Shown here piece by piece: positions 57,125-64,000 of a stretch of 64,000 nucleotides of DNA; position 1 is the first letter of the stretch, and the number at the start of each line of letters is the position of its first letter. Origin of the DNA: Candidatus Limnocylindrus sp. ZSMar2m-chloro-G89 (GTDB lineage: Bacteria; Chloroflexota; Limnocylindria; Limnocylindrales; Limnocylindraceae); assembly GCA_003670475.1 (NCBI GenBank), contig QWRJ01000002.1, forward strand, positions 34,240-98,239, read 5' to 3'. Position numbers and translations under genes: made by a program. The notes beneath the pieces are model-generated. The model saw nothing but the letters and a program-made list of their open reading frames with translations. It ran no database searches and was not told where the DNA came from.

Positions 57125-58815
57125 GATCCGTTACGGCCCGCCTTCACCAGCAGCTCGCGTGCAGCCGCCTCGGCACCACTCCCAGCGCCGTCTCCAGCGA
57201 GCATCGAGGCGAGTTCAGCGACACGCTCAGCGTCAGAGAGACGTCGCACTTGCGTGATGGTGCGTCCACCCTCCTCGCGCTTTGACACATACAGGTGCAC
57301 GTCGGCTTGTGCCGCAACTTGTGGAAGGTGGGTGACGCAGAGGACCTGATGCTGCGTAGCGATGCGCTTCAAGCTCCGACCGAGCGTCTCACCCGCTCGC
57401 CCACCGAGCCCAGCATCAATCTCATCAAAGATCAGTGTCCGTCCCTCACTCGCGTCACTGAGCGCCTCCTCCAGCGCGAGGGAGACACGACTCAACTCAC
57501 CACCAGAGGCGATCTTCGCGATGGGGGCGGCGGGCTCACCAGCATTCGGCGCGAAGAGGTACTCAACCTCATCTCCGCCACTGCGATCAACGAGGCACGG
57601 CACGCCATCGACAAGTGGATCGTCGCCCCCGCCACGACGGGGCTGCAGATCAATCTCAAACGTGGGTGGCAGGGCGAGCGCACTGAGCGCGGTATTCACC
57701 GCCTTCTTCAAACTGCTCGCCCCTGCAGTTCTCGCAGCACGCAGCTTCAGCGCCAGTGCGCCAATCTGCGCCGCAAGTTCGGCACGTTCCTTGGTGATCG
57801 CCCCCTGACGTGTTGCCGCCCCCTCAAGTCGTTGCACTTCAGCGGCGGCGCGCTCCAGCGCTTCAGCAAGACCGGACTCATCGGTGCGGAACCTTCGCTC
57901 AAGCGAGAGGATCAGGCCGAGTCGCTCCTCAATTTCTGCAACTGGACGCGCCGGCGCCTCGGCGGCGCCACGTCCAGCAACGTCGCGTGCAAGGTCATCA
58001 ATCTCAATCGCTAGTGCGCTGATCCGCTCTGCTAGTGCCGCCGCACCCTCGTCCAGCTTGCGCAGCTCCCCCGCCGTGCGGTCCAAAAGGCGCGATTGGC
58101 CCCGCATCCCCGCATCATCTCCATCAAGGAGCTCAAGGATCTCGCCACGGAGCGTCTCAATACGGTCGCCACTGGATGCGCGACGCAACTCTTCGCGAAG
58201 CCGCTCCCCTTCACCTGGTTCAACCGCCGCAGCGAGGAGATCATCGCGTTCAGCGCGCGCAATGACCAGCAGCGCCTCACGACGAGCGTCGTCACCGCCG
58301 AGCGCCTCAAACTCACTCAGAAGGCTCGCCCGCGCGTCAACGAGTCCCCCGATCTCTTCGCGAAGCGGCAGGCTCTTCGACCAGCGATCAAGTAGATCGC
58401 GCTGACGGGATCGATCACCGAGCCGCTGCTGATCATGTTGGCCGTGGATTTCAATGCGTGGTGCCACCTCGGCGGCGAGTCGTCCGATCGTGACGAGTTC
58501 ATCATCGATGCGCGCCACCGAACGCCCCTCCGCGTGAACTTCGCGCACGATGATCTGTTCGCCGCCTTCGCCGCTCATCAGGAGGTCGACTCGCAACCGA
58601 TCCTCACCAGTACGAATCGCTCCAGCATCTGCACGCGCGCCACGTGCCAGAGCAAGGGCATCCACGATGAGACTCTTTCCGGCGCCCGTCTCGCCCGTCA
58701 GGACGGTGAGGCCGGGACCGAACTCTACGCGTACGGCATCAATGATGGCGAGCCCAGCAACGCCAAGCTCACGAATCTGTGAGCCGCCCACCGCGCTACC
58801 CTTCGCCGCACTCAC
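57121..58815 (-). CDS. recN: DNA repair protein RecN
   Basis: LTGETGAGKS Walker A, long coiled coil, ABC signature. Confidence 0.9.
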   Translation of the reverse strand: MSAAKGSAVGGSQIRELGVAGLAIIDAVRVEFGPGLTVLTGETGAGKSLIVDALALARGARADAGAIRTGEDRLRVDLLMSGEGGEQIIVREVHAEGRSVARIDDELVTIGRLAAEVAPRIEIHGQHDQQRLGDRSRQRDLLDRWSKSLPLREEIGGLVDARASLLSEFEALGGDDARREALLVIARAERDDLLAAAVEPGEGERLREELRRASSGDRIETLRGEILELLDGDDAGMRGQSRLLDRTAGELRKLDEGAAALAERISALAIEIDDLARDVAGRGAAEAPARPVAEIEERLGLILSLERRFRTDESGLAEALERAAAEVQRLEGAATRQGAITKERAELAAQIGALALKLRAARTAGASSLKKAVNTALSALALPPTFEIDLQPRRGGGDDPLVDGVPCLVDRSGGDEVEYLFAPNAGEPAAPIAKIASGGELSRVSLALEEALSDASEGRTLIFDEIDAGLGGRAGETLGRSLKRIATQHQVLCVTHLPQVAAQADVHLYVSKREEGGRTITQVRRLSDAERVAELASMLAGDGAGSGAEAAARELLVKAGRNGS

Positions 58816-59645
58816 CGCGGAAGGAGGTCAACCTTCTGGCGCACAAGGTCCCAGAAGGGTGCAAGTCCGTCGATCTCTGCAAAGCGAATTGGCGCCGCCG
58901 CTGCCGCAACCGTCACGCGATCGCCAGGCTCGAGCGGCTCGTCGATCCAACCATCAATAGAGATGACCGCCTCCTCCCCTGCAACTACGGTGCAGGTGAC
59001 GCTCTGCTCTCCAGGGACAACAACCGAGCGAAGGGTTGCAAGGTATGCGGCGATCGGTGTGACGATGATGTTGCGGCTCAGTGGATCAAGGATCGGTCCG
59101 CCAGCGGAGAAGGAGTAGCCAGTTGACCCAGTTGGCGATGAGATCACCACGCCATCGGCGATGTAGGTGGCAAGGTGACTCTCGCCAATCGCAACATCGA
59201 GGCGCACGACGCGTGGAAGGCGCCCTCGCGCAACGACCACATCATTCAGCGCGGTGAAGGTGCGCGTTGCCCCCTTTACGCGATGGACCACAGCGCTGAG
59301 TGCCATGCGCTCCTGGATGCGCCACTTCCCATCAGCGAAGGCCTGCAGCGCCACTGCGAGTTGGAAGCTCTCCGAGCGGGCGAGGAAGCCAATCTTCCCG
59401 AGATTCACCCCAAGGAGTGGGACGCCATGCGCTGCAACGGCGGCGGCGGCGCGGAGGAAGGTGCCGTCACCACCAAGTGAGAAGAGCACCTCACTCCCGG
59501 GGAGCGCTTTTGCAATGCTCTCCTGCTCCTCTGCGGCGAAGCCCCAGTGCTCGATGCCGTGGGCGGCACACCAACCGGCGGCCTCATCCCACGCCTCAAG
59601 GGCGAGATCGCTCGTAGGGTTATAGACAAAACCGAAGCGGCGCAT
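58812..59645 (-). CDS. nadK: NAD kinase
   Basis: GGDGT motif (LGGDGTFLRAA), NLGKIGFL; start set at MRRFGFVYNP. Confidence 0.85.
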   Translation of the reverse strand: MRRFGFVYNPTSDLALEAWDEAAGWCAAHGIEHWGFAAEEQESIAKALPGSEVLFSLGGDGTFLRAAAAVAAHGVPLLGVNLGKIGFLARSESFQLAVALQAFADGKWRIQERMALSAVVHRVKGATRTFTALNDVVVARGRLPRVVRLDVAIGESHLATYIADGVVISSPTGSTGYSFSAGGPILDPLSRNIIVTPIAAYLATLRSVVVPGEQSVTCTVVAGEEAVISIDGWIDEPLEPGDRVTVAAAAAPIRFAEIDGLAPFWDLVRQKVDLLPR

Positions 59646-59717
59646 GGCGCCATCATCGCATAGGAGGAGTGCACGGTCGCGTACTACGCCTCGCCGAGCG
59701 AGGCGCACGCGGGGTGG

Positions 59718-61715
59718 CTATCGAGCGCGGCGTGCCCCCCATGCGGCGCGGATCTGGCGTTCAATCCCCGCCTCGTCCAGACCGATCAGCGTACGCAGCG
59801 CTGAGACGCTTCCGTGGTCCACGAAGGCGCCAGCTGGAATGCCGATGCTGAGCAGCGTGGCGCTGATCGGCTCACCTGTTGCCGCCTGATCCGCGGCGAG
59901 CGACTCAGCGACCGCTCCACCAAATCCACCCGCAGTGACGCTCTCCTCCAGCGTGACGATCATCTTGCTGCTGCGACCGAGACGTCGATAGAGCGCATCA
60001 TCAATCGGGCTCGCCCAGATGGCATTGACAACACCAACGGAGAGCCCGGATCCGCGCAGCTGCTCAGCCACGCGAAGCCCACGCTGCACGATCGGGCCGA
60101 AGCCAACAATCACGATGTCGCTCCCCTCGGCGAGCGTCTCCGCCTTTCCGACTGGAATTGGACGCGGTTCACGCGGAGCGACGCCCTCAATGCTGTCGCG
60201 CGGATAGTGCAGCGCAAATGGATGGTCTTGCGCAAGTGCCGTACGGACAAGGGCGCGAATCTCCTGCTCATCCTTCGGTGAGGCAATGACGAGACGCGGG
60301 ATCTGACGCTGTGCGGTGAGCGTGAACATCCCCTGATGGCTGGTGCCATCTTCGCCAACGAGGCCGGCGCGGTCCACCCCAAAGAGCACTGGCTGGTCGT
60401 TCTGGCAGGCGTCATGGACGATCTGGTCCCATGCGCGCTGCAAGAAGGTTGAGTAGATCGCAACCACCGGACGACCGCCGCCCATCGCAATCCCCGTTGC
60501 GGTTGCAACGGCGTGCTGTTCTGCAATCCCAACGTCATAGAAGCGATCGGGATATGCGGCCGCAAACTTGTCAAGGCCAGTCCCTGTAGGCATACCGGCG
60601 GTGATCGCCACGATGCGGCGATCGTCCGCAGCCGCGGCGATCACTTCAGCAGCGAAGAGCGCTGTGTAGTTCGGTCGTTTTGGCGCAGGTGCCTCTGGAA
60701 CACTGCCACTCTTCCCGTATGAATCCGTTGGAACGCCGACCTCCATCTTCGGGAGCGCTGCGCCGTGGAAGGTGATCGGATCCGCCTCAGCGGGACGGTA
60801 GCCGCGACCCTTCTGCGTCCGCACATGCACGATCACCGGACCTGGCATGGCGAAGGCGGCGTTGAAGGCCTCCTCCATCTGCATCCGGTCATGGCCATCA
60901 AGAACACCGACATAGGTGATGCCGAGATCCTCAAAGAGACGTCCAGGCTCCTGCACGAATGAGACAACGGAGCGTCTCAGGCTCTTTGAGAGGCTCAACA
61001 GCTTGTTGCCAATCAGCGGAAGGGATCCGACAAACTTGTCATACCCGCTCTTACTCCCACGCCATGTCTTTGAGAGCTTCACCTTGGAGAGATACGTGGA
61101 GATCGCGCCAACGGTTGGGGAGATGGACATCTCGTTGTCGTTCAGCACAATCAGCATCTTGGTCTGGCGATGCCCGATGTCATTGAGCGCTTCCAGGCTG
61201 AGCCCACTCATCAGCGCCGCGTCGCCCACAACCACCGCAATCTTTTCACTCCCGCCGCGCACATCGCGTGCCAAGGCAAGGCCCTGACCAATAGAGATGC
61301 CCGTCCCCGCATGGCCACCATCAAAGACGTCATGCGGCGATTCTGTTCGTCGCGGGAAGCCACCAATTCCGCCGAGTTGACGCAAGCTACCGAATCGCGC
61401 GAGGCGACCGGTGAGGAGCTTGTGCGGATACGCCTGATGCCCAGTGTCAAAGACGATGCGATCCACCGGTGAGGCCATCACGTGATGAAGTGCGATCGTC
61501 AACTCCACCACGCCGAGGCTTGGGCCGAGGTGGCCGCCAGTCACTGCGGTGGTTGCGATGATCGCAGTGCGAAGCTGCTCACCGATCTGGTTGAGCTCGG
61601 CGCCGGAGAGTCCCTTCAGGTCCTCAGGGCCCTCAAGGCGCGCGAGGAGCGAGTCGGCGCCGACCGCGCGCAGCGCAACCCCTTCGTCCACCCCTGGCTT
61701 CGTCACCGCACTCAT
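59718..61715 (-). CDS. dxs: 1-deoxy-D-xylulose-5-phosphate synthase
   Basis: TPP-binding GDG...N motif, transketolase-like domains. Confidence 0.95.
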   Translation of the reverse strand: MSAVTKPGVDEGVALRAVGADSLLARLEGPEDLKGLSGAELNQIGEQLRTAIIATTAVTGGHLGPSLGVVELTIALHHVMASPVDRIVFDTGHQAYPHKLLTGRLARFGSLRQLGGIGGFPRRTESPHDVFDGGHAGTGISIGQGLALARDVRGGSEKIAVVVGDAALMSGLSLEALNDIGHRQTKMLIVLNDNEMSISPTVGAISTYLSKVKLSKTWRGSKSGYDKFVGSLPLIGNKLLSLSKSLRRSVVSFVQEPGRLFEDLGITYVGVLDGHDRMQMEEAFNAAFAMPGPVIVHVRTQKGRGYRPAEADPITFHGAALPKMEVGVPTDSYGKSGSVPEAPAPKRPNYTALFAAEVIAAAADDRRIVAITAGMPTGTGLDKFAAAYPDRFYDVGIAEQHAVATATGIAMGGGRPVVAIYSTFLQRAWDQIVHDACQNDQPVLFGVDRAGLVGEDGTSHQGMFTLTAQRQIPRLVIASPKDEQEIRALVRTALAQDHPFALHYPRDSIEGVAPREPRPIPVGKAETLAEGSDIVIVGFGPIVQRGLRVAEQLRGSGLSVGVVNAIWASPIDDALYRRLGRSSKMIVTLEESVTAGGFGGAVAESLAADQAATGEPISATLLSIGIPAGAFVDHGSVSALRTLIGLDEAGIERQIRAAWGARRAR

Positions 61716-61990
61716 CCCTCGTCCTCGTCATCAAGGTCGAGATCATCTAGGTCACCATCTGGGAGAAGCTCCTCTACGCGCAGCCGCGCGGCATCGAGTT
61801 GCTGCTGGGCGTGCTGCTGCAGCTTCACGCCGCGCTCAAAACTCGTGACCGCAACCTCAAGTCCACCCTCTTGTGACTCAAGCTGTCCAACAACGTCACG
61901 CAGTTCGCGCATCGTCTCTTCAAAATCGCTCGGAAGGCCAGCTGATGACCCCTTGTGAGAAGCCGACTGCTTAAGACGCTTTGCCGCCAT
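61712..61990 (-). CDS. xseB: Exodeoxyribonuclease VII small subunit
   Basis: FEETMRELRDVVGQLE... XseB family. Confidence 0.85.
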   Translation of the reverse strand: MAAKRLKQSASHKGSSAGLPSDFEETMRELRDVVGQLESQEGGLEVAVTSFERGVKLQQHAQQQLDAARLRVEELLPDGDLDDLDLDDEDEG

Positions 61991-63146
61991 CTCGACCCCC
62001 CTTTCCGCTCTTCGTCACCTGTGCGCCAATTTCGCCATCGCCAAGCCGGACCCGAATCACGGTTCCAGCTGGCGCCTGTCGCCACGAGCGTACGAGACTT
62101 CCATCACTTCCCTCAACCATCGCATATCCACGAGAGAGGACGGCGAGTGGCGAGAGGGCGCCGAGGAGGATGCCAGCCTGCTGCACCCCTTCGAGGGCGT
62201 CGCGAAGGTGGCCGCGGACGGCTCGGCTCAGGTCGTCGGCGGTGAGGGCGAGACGCTCTTCGGCTCGCTCAAGACGTGTTGCTGGACCGGCCGCAACAAG
62301 GGCGCGGCGCTCGCTCTCAAACGCCGCGGCGGCGCGCGTGATCAGGATCTCCACGGCGTCTCGAGCGCGCACGGCAAGTTGCAGTGGCAGTCGACGCACC
62401 GCATCAAGGTTCGGCGCGAGGCGCGCCGCACCAATGCTTGGCGTTCCCGCGCGATCGTCGGCGACAAGATCGGCAAGCGTAATGTCAGATTCGTGCCCAA
62501 CAGCGGAGAGGACTGGTAGCTCGGAGGCCGCGATCGCTCGCAGCACCACTTCGCTGCTGAAGGCGGCAAGGTCGTCGCTCGATCCACCACCGCGTGCAAG
62601 AAGGATCACCGCCGGCGCATCAGAACGCCCAGCACGGTGTTCGTCTTTCGCCAACTTGTTTGCTCGCTGGATTCCATCAACGATCTCCGCGGGTGCTGTA
62701 GCCCCTTGGACGGCGGTGTGCACCAGCACAAGGCGCGACTGTGGCGCCGCGTACCGTAGCACGCGCAACACATCGTGCAGCACCGCGCCAGATTTAGAGG
62801 TCACCAGCGCAATGCCTTCTGGCGCAACAGGGATAGGACGCTTTCGCGCCGCGTCAAAGAGCCCCTCCGCTTGCAGCCGCTGCTTCAGCGCCTCCAGCTC
62901 CTTGGAGAGGAGGCCCATCCCACCCGGACGGAAGATGGCGCTCGCGATCATCTGGTAGCGACTGCGCGGCGCATAGAGATCGATTCGCCCAACAAGGAGA
63001 ACTACCTCCCCGACAACTGGCGTCTCTTCGCCCGGTCGGATGCTGCCGCGGAAGCGAACGCACTCAAGGGTTGACTCGGCGTCGCGAAGTGTCAGGTACT
63101 CGTGGCCTGCTGAGCTGCGCATGCTGCTCTGCACCTCGCCGACCAC
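61971..63146 (-). CDS. xseA: Exodeoxyribonuclease VII large subunit; conserved N-terminus continues upstream of the GTG at 63146
   Basis: OB fold + catalytic domain; upstream in-frame codons (to about 63207) encode LITQPAPEEALSVSDVAARIRAQITEDPLLSSCTV, aligning with residues 1-30 of E. coli XseA. Confidence 0.8.
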   Translation of the reverse strand: MVGEVQSSMRSSAGHEYLTLRDAESTLECVRFRGSIRPGEETPVVGEVVLLVGRIDLYAPRSRYQMIASAIFRPGGMGLLSKELEALKQRLQAEGLFDAARKRPIPVAPEGIALVTSKSGAVLHDVLRVLRYAAPQSRLVLVHTAVQGATAPAEIVDGIQRANKLAKDEHRAGRSDAPAVILLARGGGSSDDLAAFSSEVVLRAIAASELPVLSAVGHESDITLADLVADDRAGTPSIGAARLAPNLDAVRRLPLQLAVRARDAVEILITRAAAAFESERRALVAAGPATRLERAEERLALTADDLSRAVRGHLRDALEGVQQAGILLGALSPLAVLSRGYAMVEGSDGSLVRSWRQAPAGTVIRVRLGDGEIGAQVTKSGKGGRDGGKAS

Positions 63147-63244
63147 CGTGCACGACGAAAGAAGCGGATCCTCTGTGATCTGCGCCCGGATGCGCGCAGC
63201 AACGTCAGAGACGCTGAGTGCCTCCTCGGGGGCAGGCTGCGTGA

Positions 63245-63802
63245 TCAGACGCGCGTCTGATACTCGCCGGTTCGCGTATCAACGCGAATCAGGTCGCCAA
63301 CGCTGACAAAGAGGGGCACCTGCACCACAAGTCCGGTCTCGAGCGTTGCCGCCTTGCGCGCACCGGTCGCCGTGTCACCCGCGAAACCAGGATCGGTCTC
63401 AGTGACAACGAGGTCAATGTTGATCGGCAACTCTACTCCGAGCGTCTCCTCTTCATAACTGATGCGCTCAAGGATGAGGTTGTCCTTGATGTAATCCTTC
63501 GCCTCGCCGAGCTGTTCGCCTGTGATCACGAACTGGTCGTAGTTAGAGGTGTCCATAAAGGTGTAGTCGTTCCCGTCCGAGAAGAGGAACTGCGCTGGGC
63601 GGCGCTCCAGCGTGGCGCGCGGGAACTTCTCCCCGGCCTGGAAGGTCTTCTCAACGATTGACTGCTTCCGAACGTTGCGGAACTTGATGCGCACCTGCGC
63701 TGAGCCACGTCCAACCTTGATGTGGTGGTACTCGAGGATCTGCCAGAGCTCCCCCTCAAGCTCAATGACGACACCCTTCTTCAGTTCGCCGGTTGAAATC
63801 AT
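63245..63802 (-). CDS. efp: Elongation factor P
   Basis: MISTGELKKG...KVGRGSA EF-P with conserved modification-loop Lys. Confidence 0.9.
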   Translation of the reverse strand: MISTGELKKGVVIELEGELWQILEYHHIKVGRGSAQVRIKFRNVRKQSIVEKTFQAGEKFPRATLERRPAQFLFSDGNDYTFMDTSNYDQFVITGEQLGEAKDYIKDNLILERISYEEETLGVELPINIDLVVTETDPGFAGDTATGARKAATLETGLVVQVPLFVSVGDLIRVDTRTGEYQTRV

Positions 63803-63883
63803 CTGGCTCCCCCTCTCTTGCGGCCGCACGGCCGCTCGGCCAGGACCCTGTCTTGACGCTCAGTCTAGCCGTCAGCCCGTGAT

Positions 63884-64000
63884 CAGGGGGGCGGACGGGA
63901 AGAGGGTCAGCGTGCGCAGGCTACGCCCCGCAAGGTCAACAGCGACCAGATCCTCAATGCGAATACCAATCCGATCTTCCAGGTAGATACCAGGCTCAAC
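63884..64000 (-). CDS. C-terminal 38 aa of an Xaa-Pro aminopeptidase/dipeptidase (M24B); 5' portion beyond window
   Basis: ...GIRIEDLVAVDLAGRSLRTLTLFPSAP* resembles PepP/YqhT C-terminus; a yqhT-efp linkage is conserved in Bacillus. Confidence 0.45.

Overview
High-GC (~68-70%) bacterial chromosomal segment, densely packed with about 68 protein genes, 3 tRNAs and very short intergenic spacers. Most of the window is core housekeeping in conserved Terrabacteria/E. coli-like synteny: pnp-asd; rnj-ftsK; yebC-ruvC-ruvA-ruvB-tgt; recA-recX; rny-miaA-hflX; thrS-infC-rpmI-rplT-pheS-pheT; moeA-moaC-mogA; gpsA-der-ispH-plsC-cmk; rluB-scpB-scpA; xerD-recN-nadK-dxs-xseB-xseA-efp. Having both RNase J and RNase Y plus this Bacillus-like gene order suggests a deep-branching Actinobacteria, Chloroflexi or Deinococcus-like lineage; the organism cannot be named from sequence alone. 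The standout locus is at 44.2-48.1 kb: a type-1 microbial rhodopsin (proton-pump DTE motif, with the xanthorhodopsin-type Gly at the carotenoid-antenna site) lies next to a gene fusing two lycopene-cyclase-domain repeats to a UbiA-type prenyltransferase, plus two uncharacterised small proteins. This looks like a rhodopsin plus carotenoid-tailoring module. Other notable points: a frameshift splits the Smr nuclease domain of mutS2; three conserved genes (tgt, xseA, rluB) have N-termini encoded upstream of any ATG/GTG/TTG and aligning with CTG codons; infC has the classic AUU start; an unusual MBL-hydrolase + Rieske [2Fe-2S] fusion protein; a pseudouridine catabolism pair psuK-psuG; a perfect 16-bp tandem repeat abutting tRNA-Arg. 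Coordinates derived by hand (tRNAs, terminators, refined starts) may be off by 1-2 nt; ORF-track coordinates are used for CDS ends.
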